Assembly (NCBI GenBank): GCA_965198115.1 | Contig: OZ240241.1 | Span: 4,416,001 to 4,480,000 of the forward strand | Direction of reading: 5' to 3' | DNA length: 64,000 nucleotides | From: Candidatus Latescibacterota bacterium | GTDB lineage: Bacteria; Latescibacterota; UBA2968 | Shown: positions 1 through 10,678 of the stretch, piece by piece | Numbering within the stretch: the stretch's first letter is position 1 | Layout: each line of letters begins with the position of its first letter | Program-made: the position numbers and the translations under genes | The notes under the pieces: generated by a model | What the model was told of the DNA's origin: nothing | The model's input: only the letters and a program-made list of their open reading frames with translations | Databases searched by the model: none

Positions 1-1041
1 CGAGATCGATGCGGCCCCCACGATGCAGAACGCGGTCGTCATGGGCATCGACTTGTAAAGCCCGCCTAGGTCGGAGCCGTTGATCCGACCCGTGCGGTGA
101 AGGACGGCTCCCATGGCCATGAAAAGCAGTCCTTTGAAAAGGACGTCGTTGAAGGCGTGCGCGACGGCCCCGTTTACACCCATGCCCGCACCCAAACCGA
201 CCCCCGCGACCATGAAACCGATCTGGTTGATCATGCTGTATCCCAGAACACGTCGGAGGTCATTCTCGATCACCGCGAAGAAGATGGGAAACATCGTCAT
301 CGACGCCCCGATCCAGATCAGTTCTTCTGTCCCCGTAAAACCGCGGGCAAGAGCGTAGACGGCCGTCTTCGTCGTAAATGCGGACAGGAAAACCGTCCCG
401 GTAGGCGTCGCTTCGGGGTAGGCGTCGACAAGCCACGTATGTAGGACGGGAAAGGCACACTTGATTCCGATGGCCAGAAGAATGAGGCGCGAGGCCCAGC
501 CTCCCAGTCCCATGTGCTCGAAGGCCAAAGACCCTGTTTCGGAGTAATACAACGCCGTGCCGGCCAACAATAGTAAACCGGAGGTCACGTGTATCAGGAG
601 ATAACGCATCCCTGCGTCCGCCGATCGCGTGCTTCGGCGAGCCCAGATCTGAAAAACCGACGTGACGGCAAGCAACTCCCAAAAGATAAAGAGGGTGATC
701 AAGTCTCCCGCGAAAACCGCGCCGACCGCACTCCCGGCGTACATCAACCCCGTTGTGTGCTGGAGACCGTCATTCACGTGTAGGGAATAGATCGCTGCGA
801 GGAATGCCGCGATGTGGAACAGGTAGCCGAAAAGCAGACTCAGCTTGTCCACGCGCAGGAACTGCAGTTCGTAGCCGGCGAACCACGTCGTCGAGACCGT
901 GCCGGCCTCGAACCCCAGGAGATTGACGAAGCCGGCTACGGGGAGCACGATGAGCAGGACTTTACGCAGTTGCCCTCGCAAGAGGGGCAGCGCCAGACTG
1001 CCCACGAGCAAAATCGCGGCAGGATGGAGACTACTCGTCAT
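1..1041 (-). CDS. mrpD: Mrp Na+/H+ antiporter subunit D-like (third MrpD/NuoN-type paralog), runs off the window edge
   Basis: Manual translation from ATG 1041: MTSSLHPAAILLVG...AGDLITLFIFWE...GIKCAFPVLHTWLVDAYPEATPTGTVFLSAFTTK, proton-antiporter (Proton_antipo_M) motifs; not in the ORF track because it has no stop within the window. Confidence 0.85.
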   Translation of the reverse strand, partial: MTSSLHPAAILLVGSLALPLLRGQLRKVLLIVLPVAGFVNLLGFEAGTVSTTWFAGYELQFLRVDKLSLLFGYLFHIAAFLAAIYSLHVNDGLQHTTGLMYAGSAVGAVFAGDLITLFIFWELLAVTSVFQIWARRSTRSADAGMRYLLIHVTSGLLLLAGTALYYSETGSLAFEHMGLGGWASRLILLAIGIKCAFPVLHTWLVDAYPEATPTGTVFLSAFTTKTAVYALARGFTGTEELIWIGASMTMFPIFFAVIENDLRRVLGYSMINQIGFMVAGVGLGAGMGVNGAVAHAFNDVLFKGLLFMAMGAVLHRTGRINGSDLGGLYKSMPMTTAFCIVGAASIS

Positions 1042-1324
1042 AATAGTCCTCATCACGCATGAGCACTTTCCGCATCTGCTTGGCCGCAAGCACCAAAATC
1101 ACACAGGCCACCCAACCGTAGACCGCGTAGTAGCCAAACCACGCTTCGGCTGGGAATACACCATCCTTGAAGCTCAAGTGACGGTGGAACACTAGATCCA
1201 ATGCGATCAACACCGCGCAGACGACGAAGAAGATCCGGATCAGTCGTTTCGTATTCTCCGGATCGTCGAAGATGTGCTTCTTCTCCGATTCGTCCGGTTT
1301 TTCCGTACCGGAGGCTGGTTCCAT
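1031..1324 (-). CDS. Small two-TM membrane protein of Mrp gene clusters
   Basis: MEPASG...FDDPENTKRLIRIFFVVCAVLIALD...GYYAVYGWVACVILVLAAKQMRKVLMRDEDYYDE; lies between two mrpD paralogs with tight junctions. Confidence 0.7.
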   Translation of the reverse strand: MEPASGTEKPDESEKKHIFDDPENTKRLIRIFFVVCAVLIALDLVFHRHLSFKDGVFPAEAWFGYYAVYGWVACVILVLAAKQMRKVLMRDEDYYDE

Positions 1325-1325
1325 C

Positions 1326-2786
1326 TCAAGGTTCCCCAATGAGGCGGACGAGGCGCAGGAGAGGATCAGAGTAGACGAACAAAGCCAGGCAACCGACGGC
1401 CGTGAACATCAACGGGCCGACGCAGGCCACGGGAGCCTCTTTGATCCCTTTTGGTTCACCCTCTTCTATTGGCAGGAAAAAGGCGTTCACCACGATCGGC
1501 AGCAGGTATGCGATGTTCAGCAAAGAACTGATGACCAACACGATCACCAGAACGAATTGCCCGGCATCCATAGCGCCGAGGAGGAGGTACCATTTGCTCC
1601 ACGCACCGGCGAAAGGCGGCAACCCGATGATACTCAAGGACCCGATCAGAAAGGCGAACATCGTGAACGGCATTTGTCGACCGATGCCCTTCATGTCGCT
1701 GATCTCTGTCTTGTGAGTCGCCACGATGATTGCGCCCGCGCAGAAAAAGAGCGTGATCTTGCCGAACGCGTGCATAGCAATGTGCATGCTTCCACCGACA
1801 ACGCCCCAGCTGTTGGCGAGTGCAGCTCCAAGCACGATGTAGGAAAGCTGGCTGATCGTGGAGTAAGCGAGACGGGCTTTGAGATTGTCCTTCGTGAGCG
1901 CAACAAGCGACGCGATCAGGATCGTCGCCGATGCAGCATACATCAGCCATTCACTCAGACCCGTAGAACTCAGAAGGTCTATGCCGAAGATATACACAAC
2001 GACCTTCATCACCGTAAACACACCGGCCTTCACGACGGCGACCGCGTGTAAGAGAGCGCTCACGGGTGTTGGAGCAACCATGGCCACAGGGAGCCAACGG
2101 TGAAACGGCATCAATGCCGCCTTCCCTGTGCCGAACGCATACAGCGCTAGCAACACGCCGATCACGCCGGTACTGGCCTTGCCCGCCAAAATGCCACCCG
2201 GCATGAAGTCCAGTGTACCGGCCAGGCTCCACGTCCACACGACAGCGAGAAGCAGGAACGTCACCGACGTGCTGATCAGGATTCCCAGGTAGATCCTTCC
2301 GCCCATCCGCGCTTCCTCCGACCGGTGATGCGTGATCAGAGGGTAGGTGGACAGCGTGAGGACCTCGTAAAAGACGAACAACGTCAGCATGTTTCCAGAA
2401 AAGGCGACGCCCAGGGCAGCCGAAATCGCGATCGCAAAAAATACATAGAACCGCGTCTGGTTTTCCTCGTGGTGACCCCTCATATAGCCTATGGAGTAGA
2501 TCGATGTCACGATCCAAAGACCCGAGGCGACAAGGGCGAAGAGCATGCCCAGAGGTTCCACGCGGAATCCGATCGTCAACCCGGGCAAAATGCGAACGAC
2601 TTCAGCGCTCGGCTTTCCTCCCGCGAGCACGTCCGGTACCAGACTTGTCACGATGAGGAACAGGATTCCCCCCGTCACCAGCGTGGCCGCTTCTCTTACG
2701 TTCGGTTGGCGACCGAGCAGGCCGATCACGGGTACGGCCAGCGTGGGCAATGCGATCGCGAGAAGGATCGTGGTGGAGGGACTCAC
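1326..2786 (-). CDS. mrpD: Mrp antiporter subunit D-like (second paralog)
   Basis: FYEVLTLSTYPL, GKAALMPFHRWLPVAMVAPTPVSALLHAVAVVK, LAYSTISQLSY; GTG start at 2786 overlaps the upstream stop. Confidence 0.85.
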   Translation of the reverse strand: MSPSTTILLAIALPTLAVPVIGLLGRQPNVREAATLVTGGILFLIVTSLVPDVLAGGKPSAEVVRILPGLTIGFRVEPLGMLFALVASGLWIVTSIYSIGYMRGHHEENQTRFYVFFAIAISAALGVAFSGNMLTLFVFYEVLTLSTYPLITHHRSEEARMGGRIYLGILISTSVTFLLLAVVWTWSLAGTLDFMPGGILAGKASTGVIGVLLALYAFGTGKAALMPFHRWLPVAMVAPTPVSALLHAVAVVKAGVFTVMKVVVYIFGIDLLSSTGLSEWLMYAASATILIASLVALTKDNLKARLAYSTISQLSYIVLGAALANSWGVVGGSMHIAMHAFGKITLFFCAGAIIVATHKTEISDMKGIGRQMPFTMFAFLIGSLSIIGLPPFAGAWSKWYLLLGAMDAGQFVLVIVLVISSLLNIAYLLPIVVNAFFLPIEEGEPKGIKEAPVACVGPLMFTAVGCLALFVYSDPLLRLVRLIGEP

Positions 2787-4258
2787 GAAGTGACCCCCAT
2801 CAGCGCCTGGGCCGCTTTCCGGGCGACGCCCACCGTCACTGAAGTCGATACACCGAAGTAGATCGTCGCCGCGACGAGCGCCCACGTGGCGAGCTGCATC
2901 ATCATCGGGGCATCCTTCGTTTCAGCTCCCTCAGGCGCTTCCTGGAAATACGCCACCTCCACCACGCGCCAGACGTAGGCGACGGCCAGCAGCGAGGCCA
3001 GGAGGATCAACACGGCCACGGGCCACATTCCGTGTTCCAGCGCCGCCAGCACGAGATACCATTTACTGACGAAGCCCACGGTCAGGGGAACACCGATCAG
3101 ACTCAGCCCGGCCAGTACGAATGCAGCCATCGTCAGCGGCATACGCCGGCCAAGCCCCTTGAAATCTTCCAGGTTCGCCGCGCCCACCTGCAACACGATC
3201 GACCCCACGCAGAGGAAGAGCGCCCCTTTCATCACCCCGTGGTTGAACAGATGCACGATGCCGCCGGTCAACCCCGTCACCGACAGGAAACTAATCCCCA
3301 GCATCATATACCCGATCTGGGCGACGCTCGAATACGCCAGCATGCGCTTAATGTTCGTTTGAAAGATGGCCACGATCGAGCCCACAAAGATCCCGATTAG
3401 GGCCAGCGGAAGCAGCACCGTATCCAGGTGCATCTCGCCGAACGAAAAGTCCGTCCCGAAAATCGTGAACACAAAGCGAAGAAAAACGTAAATCGAAACT
3501 TTGGTCGCCGTCGACGCAATGAATGCGGTCACGACCGAAGGGGCATAGCTGTATGCGTTGGGAAGCCACACGTGGAGCGGAAATAGGGCCAGCTTGAGAC
3601 TCATCCCCACAGTCAAGAACGCGAAGGCGACAATCACCGTCCGATTGATCCCCGCCGTGGCCAGCCGGCCCTGCAGATCGGCCATGTTCAGCGTGCCCGT
3701 CACCGCGTAGATCAGTCCAATACCGATCACAATGAACGTCGCGCCCAGGGTGCCCATCACCAGATACTGGTAGGCAGCGGTCAATGCACGCCTGCCGATC
3801 CCCAGACTGATCAGAACGTATGAGGAAAGAGCCGATATCTCCAGGAAGACGAAGAGATTGAACACATCACCGGTGATGGCCACACCCAGCAGCCCCGTCA
3901 GACACAGGAGATAGGCCGTGTAGAACATGTAGTGCTTCTCGAGCGGAATCTCCTTGGCCAGACTCGCCGGTGCGTAAAACAGCACCACCGTTCCGATGAT
4001 CGAAACCAACAGAATGACGAAACTGTTGATCGTATCGATCCGATACTCGATACCCCACGGCGGCGCCCAGCCACCCAGCTCGTAGGAAATCGTGCCGGTG
4101 GTGAGGACGCGCGACAGCAGTCCCAGAGCCATGTAGAGGACGGTCGCGCTCACGATCAGGGCAAAGCCCCACGACAGAGATCGCCGACGCAGTAGCAGGC
4201 AGACGGGCGCGGAAATCAACGGAATCACGATCTGGAGAATGGGCAGGTGTTCGGACAT
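2783..4258 (-). CDS. mrpD: Mrp antiporter subunit D
   Basis: GGWAPPWGIEYRID, GDVFNLFVFLEI, KLALFPLHVWLPNAYSYAP, KRMLAYSSVAQIGY. Confidence 0.9.
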   Translation of the reverse strand: MSEHLPILQIVIPLISAPVCLLLRRRSLSWGFALIVSATVLYMALGLLSRVLTTGTISYELGGWAPPWGIEYRIDTINSFVILLVSIIGTVVLFYAPASLAKEIPLEKHYMFYTAYLLCLTGLLGVAITGDVFNLFVFLEISALSSYVLISLGIGRRALTAAYQYLVMGTLGATFIVIGIGLIYAVTGTLNMADLQGRLATAGINRTVIVAFAFLTVGMSLKLALFPLHVWLPNAYSYAPSVVTAFIASTATKVSIYVFLRFVFTIFGTDFSFGEMHLDTVLLPLALIGIFVGSIVAIFQTNIKRMLAYSSVAQIGYMMLGISFLSVTGLTGGIVHLFNHGVMKGALFLCVGSIVLQVGAANLEDFKGLGRRMPLTMAAFVLAGLSLIGVPLTVGFVSKWYLVLAALEHGMWPVAVLILLASLLAVAYVWRVVEVAYFQEAPEGAETKDAPMMMQLATWALVAATIYFGVSTSVTVGVARKAAQALMGVTS

Positions 4259-4611
4259 CAGACCTCTTCGTCCTGAGCGGCGATCTCGTCTTCTTCGATC
4301 GTCCCGTAGGATTCTCGAATTCGCACGACGAGCGCCAGACCGAGAGCGGTCGTTGCGGCACCCACGACGATTGCTGTAAGGATCAGCACGTGCGGAAGCG
4401 GGTTCGAATACGTCGCGCCGCCATCGACGATGATCGGAGCGGTGCCACCGCGGACTTTGCCGAGCGAGATGTAGAGGAGAAATACAGAACTCTGGAAGAT
4501 GTTCAACCCAATTAGCTTCTTGATTAGATTTCCTCGTGCGATGGCGGTGTAGAATCCCGTCATCATCAAGACGATCACGATCCAGTAGTTATAGAGTCCC
4601 GGCCACTCCAT
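4258..4611 (-). CDS. mrpC: Mrp antiporter subunit C
   Basis: NLIKKLIGLNI, NPLPHVLILTAIVVG. Confidence 0.92.
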   Translation of the reverse strand: MEWPGLYNYWIVIVLMMTGFYTAIARGNLIKKLIGLNIFQSSVFLLYISLGKVRGGTAPIIVDGGATYSNPLPHVLILTAIVVGAATTALGLALVVRIRESYGTIEEDEIAAQDEEV

Positions 4612-5030
4612 CAGGTTCGTCCTCGCCCTGCGAAACAGTAGAATATCGAAAGCATCACCGAGGCCACCGTGATGCCGACCCCGAGCTCGACGATCAATAT
4701 CCCCAGATGCTGTCCGTGGACCGGGTCGTGCCCGAGGACGTTGTAGTCGAGGTAGGCCCCCCCATTGATCAGTCCTGCGACACCCGTCCCCGCGTAAATC
4801 AGCACGCCGATTGCGACCAGCGCTTCCACAATCGACGGCTTCGCCACCTTCTGCGTAGCCTCCAGGCCGTAGATGAGCGCGTGAAGGATGAATCCGGCGG
4901 CGAAAATCACGCCTGCCTGGAAGCCGCCGCCCGGCCCGAAGTCGCCGTGGAACTGCACGTAGAGCCCGAACATCAGGATGAATGGGATAAAGACCTTCGC
5001 GACGACGCGGAGGATCGGATTCGAGCTCAC
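4611..5030 (-). CDS. mrpB: Mrp antiporter subunit B
   Basis: HGDFGPGGGFQAG MnhB motif. Confidence 0.9.
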   Translation of the reverse strand: MSSNPILRVVAKVFIPFILMFGLYVQFHGDFGPGGGFQAGVIFAAGFILHALIYGLEATQKVAKPSIVEALVAIGVLIYAGTGVAGLINGGAYLDYNVLGHDPVHGQHLGILIVELGVGITVASVMLSIFYCFAGRGRT

Positions 5031-5557
5031 GTCTCCTCCTTCCGTCCGCGCAGCAGAAGAATCACACCCACACCCGCAGTAAAGATCACCACCGTCTCAC
5101 CGAGCGTATCGTATCCCCTGTAGCTCGCCAAAACCGCAGTCACAATGTTGGGAACGCCGATTTCTTCGGGCGAAACGTTGAGGTAATGTGGAGCCACGTG
5201 TTGATGGACGGGTGCGGATGCATCGCCGTAGAGGGGAAGGTCCATCGTGCCGTAGACCAGAACCGCACCGGTCACGATCACGATTAGGAGAGGCAGAATG
5301 GAACGACGCGAAGGCGCTTTCTCATCGCGCGTGGTCAGCCCCAGCGTTCCAAGAAAGAGCACGGTCGACATGCCGGCGCCGACGGCGGCCTCGGTGAACG
5401 CCACGTCGACCGCGTCCAGCACGGTAAAGATGCCTGCTGCCAGGAGACTGAAGATGCCCGCCAACATCACCGATGCGAGTAGGCTTCTTGACCTCGAAAC
5501 GGCGATCGCAATACACACCATCACTGCCAGCAGGACTATGTTGACGACCTCTACCAT
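5027..5557 (-). CDS. Mrp subunit B'-like protein (DUF4040 + MrpA C-terminal part; MbhD/E-like)
   Basis: From ATG 5557: DAVDVAFTEAAVGAG and NIVTAVLASYRGYDTLGETVVIF motifs. Confidence 0.85.
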   Translation of the reverse strand: MVEVVNIVLLAVMVCIAIAVSRSRSLLASVMLAGIFSLLAAGIFTVLDAVDVAFTEAAVGAGMSTVLFLGTLGLTTRDEKAPSRRSILPLLIVIVTGAVLVYGTMDLPLYGDASAPVHQHVAPHYLNVSPEEIGVPNIVTAVLASYRGYDTLGETVVIFTAGVGVILLLRGRKEET

Positions 5558-5874
5558 TACGCGTCTTTCGTCTCCGAAGTCAGAGGTTGCAACCCCGAGC
5601 GGAAGGCGGCCTTGGCAACGGCGTGCGTGGACGTCGGCGAGGCCAGCAGGGCGATCACGAGAATCGTGATCAGTTTCACCGACACAAGCGATAGACCGCC
5701 CTGCAGCATCAAGCCGATCAGCACGAGGGCAAGACCCAGCGTATCCGTGATGCCGCCCCCGTGCGTGCGGCTGTAGAAATCGGGCAATCGAAGCAGACCG
5801 AGCCCGCCAATCAGACAGAAGAGGGAGCCCAGAACGAGACAGGCCCAGCTGGCGCCGTGAATGAGAGCTTCCAT
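5557..5874 (-). CDS. mrpG: Mrp antiporter subunit G
   Basis: GLLRLPDFYSRTHG, SPTSTHAVAKAA. Confidence 0.92.
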   Translation of the reverse strand: MEALIHGASWACLVLGSLFCLIGGLGLLRLPDFYSRTHGGGITDTLGLALVLIGLMLQGGLSLVSVKLITILVIALLASPTSTHAVAKAAFRSGLQPLTSETKDA

Positions 5875-6158
5875 CAGGCCGAAGCCTCCGACTCGTCTGC
5901 GACACCGAGATCGCCGCGTTCGATCAACTTGAGGACCGCGATCGTCCCGATGAAGTTCAGCAGGACGTAAATCAGGGCCAGATCCAGGAATTCGGGCCGG
6001 TCCGTCAAAAACCCGAGCACCGCGATCAGCAGGACGGTCTTCGTCCCGAACATGTTGACGGCCAGGATCCGATCGTAGACCGTCGGACCCAGAAGCGCCC
6101 GAGCCAGGGCAAGAATCATCGTGACCAGAACGGCCACCATCGCGACCACGAACATCAT
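5874..6158 (-). CDS. mrpF: Mrp antiporter subunit F
   Basis: GPTVYDRILAVN, FLDLALIYVLLNFIG. Confidence 0.92.
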   Translation of the reverse strand: MMFVVAMVAVLVTMILALARALLGPTVYDRILAVNMFGTKTVLLIAVLGFLTDRPEFLDLALIYVLLNFIGTIAVLKLIERGDLGVADESEASA

Positions 6159-6625
6159 CCGCCGCCCTCCAGACGCGTCACCCGCCGGTCCATGTCGCCT
6201 GTTTCGACGTCGTCAGCCGCCTCCTGCGTCAAGGCGTGAACCACGATCTTGTTTTCATCCATCTCCAAAGACACGGTCCCAGGCGTGAGCGTAATGGAAT
6301 TAGCATAGATCACGCGGCCCAGATCGCTCTTCTGACCGGGTGTTACGTCGATGAGCCTTGGGCTGATGGGCATCCCTGGATTCAGAATCCGGCGGGCCAC
6401 GTCGATGTTCGCCTTGACGATCGCCCACAGCAGCCAGGGCCCATAGGTGAGGAGCCTCAATACCAGATGAATCGGGTGGCCCTCGCGATCGACGATCCCC
6501 ATCCGAGCAGCAATCAGGGCTACGCCCAGGCACGAAATGACCCCGAACCCGATCGTCAGCGACAGGTAAATCCCGGACCAGAGCAACCAGATCGCGAAGA
6601 GCAGAATGGCCAGAGTGATTTTCAC
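6155..6625 (-). CDS. mrpE: Mrp antiporter subunit E
   Basis: ANIDVARRIL, YANSITLTPGT. Confidence 0.92.
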   Translation of the reverse strand: MKITLAILLFAIWLLWSGIYLSLTIGFGVISCLGVALIAARMGIVDREGHPIHLVLRLLTYGPWLLWAIVKANIDVARRILNPGMPISPRLIDVTPGQKSDLGRVIYANSITLTPGTVSLEMDENKIVVHALTQEAADDVETGDMDRRVTRLEGGG

Positions 6626-6677
6626 ACAAGTCCCACTACTTGAAGTCCAAAAAATGCGTCAACTTCAGTTAGATCAG

Positions 6678-8255
6678 TCAATTGCGAAAAAAGAATTGCC
6701 GGGGCGCCCCGTCTTTTGTCAAGAGAAAAGGCTCCTCGGACCTCATCGTCACAGCGCGTCCCGCAGCTTTCATCTGTTTGGATTCCACGACCTCGATCAG
6801 GTGACGGCTCGAAACCTCTGTTCGCGACGTGAACGTCTCGGAATGGACACCGATCCAAATCATCAGCACGATCAGAGGGGCAACGACAACCCATTCCCGT
6901 AGCGAAAGATCTGTCAGCTTCGCGTTCGCATCATCCACCTCGCCCCACACCACCCTCTGAAACATCCACAGCATGTAGACGGCCGCCAGGACCACCCCCG
7001 ATGTCGCGATGACACCCATCAGGACGTTGCTCTGGTAGGCACCCAACAGGATCAGGAATTCACCCACGAACCCGTTCAGGCCGGGCAGCCCGATCGAGGA
7101 AAGGATCGTAATCAGAAACACAGCTGAAAACGCCGGCACGACCTGGGCCAATCCCCCGAAATCCTCGATCTCCCGCGTATGCCGCCGCTCGTAGATCATC
7201 CCCACGATCAGGAAGAGCGCGCCCGTCGAGATCCCGTGATTCACCATCTGAATGATCCCGCCCTGCATGCCCTGTTCGTTCATGGCAAAGATACCGAGCA
7301 CGATGAAGCCGAGGTGGCTCACGCTCGAATAGGCCACGAGTTTCTTCACATCAGTCTGGACCATCGCCACGAGTGCGCCATAGACGATCCCGACGACCGA
7401 GAGGACCATGATCGGGTATGTAAACTCGGCCGTGGCCAACGGAAACAGGGGAAGGCAGAACCGAAGGATCCCGTAGGTCCCCATCTTCAACAGAACACCG
7501 GCCAGAATCACACTGCCGGCGGTCGGTGCCTCGACGTGAGCATCTGGCAGCCACGTGTGCAGCGGGAACAACGGCACCTTGATCGCGAAACTCAGGAAAA
7601 ACGCGAGGAAGAGCAGGGACTGGGCTTCGGGATCGACCGTGTACTGGTAGAGCGTCAACAGATCGAACGTATAGACACCCGTCGACGAACCGTGTTGGAA
7701 GTACAGGAAGATGATCGCAACCAACATCAAAAGGCTGCCGGCCAGCGTGAAGAGCACAAACTTGACGGCCGCATAGATCCTGCGTTCCCCACCCCACACC
7801 CCGATCAGCAGATACATCGGGATCAACATCGCTTCCCAGAACACGTAGAACAGGAACAGATCGAGCGAACAGAAAACACCCAGCATGCCCGTCTCGAGCA
7901 ACAGCATCGAAGCCATATACTCGCGAACCCGGGTCGTGACCGACGTCCACGACGCCAGGATGGACAGCACGGTCAAAAGCGTCGTGATCAGGATCAGCAG
8001 CAAGCTGATGCCATCGACGCCCACGGCATAGCTGATCCCCAAATCTTCGACCCACTCGACGCGGTGCACGAACTGCATGTCGGCCGTCGTGGAGTCGAAC
8101 CTCGTGAACAGCGGAATCGTCAACACGAAATTGACGAACGAGACTCCGAGGGCCAGCCAGCGAGATAGGCTGTCGCGCCCCTTGCCGACAAGTACGACCA
8201 GCACCGCGCCCACAAGGGGCACGAAAATCAAATATGTGAGAAGGTGTGAACTCAT
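6678..8255 (-). CDS. nuoM: NADH-quinone oxidoreductase subunit M
   Basis: FYVFWEAMLIPMY, KVPLFPLHTWLPDAHVEAPTAGSVILAGVLLKMG. Confidence 0.95.
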   Translation of the reverse strand: MSSHLLTYLIFVPLVGAVLVVLVGKGRDSLSRWLALGVSFVNFVLTIPLFTRFDSTTADMQFVHRVEWVEDLGISYAVGVDGISLLLILITTLLTVLSILASWTSVTTRVREYMASMLLLETGMLGVFCSLDLFLFYVFWEAMLIPMYLLIGVWGGERRIYAAVKFVLFTLAGSLLMLVAIIFLYFQHGSSTGVYTFDLLTLYQYTVDPEAQSLLFLAFFLSFAIKVPLFPLHTWLPDAHVEAPTAGSVILAGVLLKMGTYGILRFCLPLFPLATAEFTYPIMVLSVVGIVYGALVAMVQTDVKKLVAYSSVSHLGFIVLGIFAMNEQGMQGGIIQMVNHGISTGALFLIVGMIYERRHTREIEDFGGLAQVVPAFSAVFLITILSSIGLPGLNGFVGEFLILLGAYQSNVLMGVIATSGVVLAAVYMLWMFQRVVWGEVDDANAKLTDLSLREWVVVAPLIVLMIWIGVHSETFTSRTEVSSRHLIEVVESKQMKAAGRAVTMRSEEPFLLTKDGAPRQFFFRN

Positions 8256-8309
8256 CTGTGGTGTAGTCGCTGTCTCAATTCTCGATACTCGATATCCACA
8301 TATTCGATA

Positions 8310-10193
8310 TCAGGGCAGGGTCACCGCGTAGATCGTGGCGATCGTGCCGAACAGCATCCAGAGGGCATACGTGGGCGTGCGTCCCGTCTGGAATCTGCCC
8401 GACACCCAGCTGATACCTTTCACGGTATATCCCAACCCATTCGCGACCCCGTCCACGACGATCGTATCGAAGATCGTCCACAACCCCATCGAAAACCGGT
8501 GGATGGGCTGCACAATCGACGCGTGATAGGCTTCGTCCACATACCACTTGTTCCACAGGATCTGGTGCATCGGCTGATCGGACGCGCCACCCAGCTTTCC
8601 GGATCGATGCATCACCAACGCGATCACGAATCCGGCTACGCCCGCCACGATCGAGATCCCGATCAGCACGGACTCGGGCAGGCCGTGCCCCGTTCCGTGT
8701 TCGGGCGCGCCCAGCACGGGTTGCAGGAAATGGTTGATCCATCCGTGCTCGAGTGGATAGCCGGTGATGAAGCCCGCCACCAGGGCACCCGCGGCCAGAA
8801 CGACCAACGGAACCGTCATACTCGATGGCGACTCGTGAGCGTGATCGTGAAGATGCTCGTCGCGTGGCTGTCCGAAGAACGTCATCAGAATCAGTCGGAA
8901 CATGTAGAAGGACGTCATCACCGCTCCGATGACCCCGAGTGCCCACAGCGCCGTATGACCGGGCACTTGTGAATGGTAGGCTCCTGCAAGAATCTGATCC
9001 TTGCTCCAGAAGCCGCTCAGCGGCGGGATCCCGGCGATCGCAACCGTCCCGATGATGAACGTGATGCCCGTAATCTTCATCTTCGAAAGCAACCCGCCGT
9101 ACTTCCGCATATCCAGCTCGTTCGACATGGCGTGCATCACGCTTCCCGCGGCCAGGAACATCAACCCCTTGAAGAATGCGTGCGTGAAGAGATGGAAAAT
9201 TCCCGCCGTATAAGCGCCAACACCCGCACCGATGAACATGTAGCCTAACTGGGAAACCGTCGAATAGGCCAGCACTCGCTTGATGTCGGTGTTCACGAGC
9301 GCGATCGAAGCCGCAAGCAGAGCCGTGAAGACACCGACCCACGCGACGACGGCACCGGCCGTGGGCGACAGCGTGTAAAGAACATTCGAGCGGGCGACGA
9401 CATACACGCCGGCCGTCACCATCGTGGCCGCGTGAATCAGGGCGGAAACCGGTGTGGGCCCTTCCATCGCATCGGGTAGCCACACATAGAGCGGAAACTG
9501 GGCAGATTTCCCACACGCCCCCAGAAAGAGCAGCAGCGCGATCGTCGTGGCCGCCCCGGGGAAGGCCGAGGGGTTGAGGGCTGTTGGCGCTTCGGCGAAG
9601 ACCTCCGTGAACTGGACGGTTCCGACATAGCCGAACAGCATGAAGATCCCGATCAGAAAACCGAAATCCCCGATCCGGTTGACGATAAAGGCCTTCTTGC
9701 CCGCATCCGAAGCAGATCGTCGCTCGAACCAGAACCCGATCAGCAAATAGGAACAGACACCCACACCCTCCCAGCCCACGAACATCAACAGATAGTTGTT
9801 CGCCAGGATCAGAACGAGCATCGAAAACACAAACAGGTTCAGATACGCAAAGAACCTGGCGAATCCCGCGTCGTGGTGCATGTAGCCAAACGAGTAGACG
9901 TGAACGAAAAAGGAAACGGTCGTCACCGTCACCAGCATGATCGCCGACAGCGGATCGACGAGGAACCCCACGGAGGCACTGAACGATCCGGCAGCCACCC
10001 ACGTGTAAACGTTCTCATCGATCCCCGCTCCACTCCTCACATCCATCAGCGTCTTCAACCCGAGCAGCCACGACCCCCCCACGCACCCCGTCGCGATGTA
10101 GCCCGCCGTCTTCTTCAACCAATGGCCGAAGACACCGCAAACGATCGCCCCCAACAGCGGCAGTAGAATAATGATTTCAACAGTCGTGGTCAT
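8310..10193 (-). CDS. nuoL: NADH-quinone oxidoreductase subunit L
   Basis: KAFIVNRIGDFG, GKSAQFPLYVWLPDAMEGPTPVSALIHAATMV, long C-terminal helix region. Confidence 0.95.
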   Translation of the reverse strand: MTTTVEIIILLPLLGAIVCGVFGHWLKKTAGYIATGCVGGSWLLGLKTLMDVRSGAGIDENVYTWVAAGSFSASVGFLVDPLSAIMLVTVTTVSFFVHVYSFGYMHHDAGFARFFAYLNLFVFSMLVLILANNYLLMFVGWEGVGVCSYLLIGFWFERRSASDAGKKAFIVNRIGDFGFLIGIFMLFGYVGTVQFTEVFAEAPTALNPSAFPGAATTIALLLFLGACGKSAQFPLYVWLPDAMEGPTPVSALIHAATMVTAGVYVVARSNVLYTLSPTAGAVVAWVGVFTALLAASIALVNTDIKRVLAYSTVSQLGYMFIGAGVGAYTAGIFHLFTHAFFKGLMFLAAGSVMHAMSNELDMRKYGGLLSKMKITGITFIIGTVAIAGIPPLSGFWSKDQILAGAYHSQVPGHTALWALGVIGAVMTSFYMFRLILMTFFGQPRDEHLHDHAHESPSSMTVPLVVLAAGALVAGFITGYPLEHGWINHFLQPVLGAPEHGTGHGLPESVLIGISIVAGVAGFVIALVMHRSGKLGGASDQPMHQILWNKWYVDEAYHASIVQPIHRFSMGLWTIFDTIVVDGVANGLGYTVKGISWVSGRFQTGRTPTYALWMLFGTIATIYAVTLP

Positions 10194-10369
10194 AGATCAA
10201 CCAAATGCTATTCACCGGTCTTCCACCAGAGTTCCGATCCACACCCCATCTTCTCCCGAGTCGGGCATCCTACGCCCAGATCCACCTCTAATTCTCCGTG
10301 TCCTCAGCCTGCCCTGAGTAGCCTGCGAAGCAGGCGTATCGAAGGGTGTCCTCAGTGGTTCGTCTTGCT

Positions 10370-10675
10370 TTACCATTTCAACAAATTGACCTCCGCCACA
10401 TCCACCGTCTCGCTGTTGCGGAAGAGCGCAATAATGATGGCCAGACCGACAGCCACCTCAGCCGCGGCGACGGCCATTACGAAGAACACGAACACCTGAC
10501 CATCTGCCTGACCCAAGTGCCTCGCGAACGCCACGAAAGCCAGGTTGACGGCGTTCAACATCAGCTCGATGCACATGAAAATGACGATCGCATTCCGACG
10601 CGTCAGAACCCCTGCGACGCCGATCGAAAACAGGATCGCGCTCAGTATCAGGTAGTTGGAAGTCGCGACTCCCAT
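10370..10675 (-). CDS. nuoK: NADH-quinone oxidoreductase subunit K
   Basis: [28 protein letters not shown]. Confidence 0.95.
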   Translation of the reverse strand: MGVATSNYLILSAILFSIGVAGVLTRRNAIVIFMCIELMLNAVNLAFVAFARHLGQADGQVFVFFVMAVAAAEVAVGLAIIIALFRNSETVDVAEVNLLKW

Positions 10676-10678
10676 CGG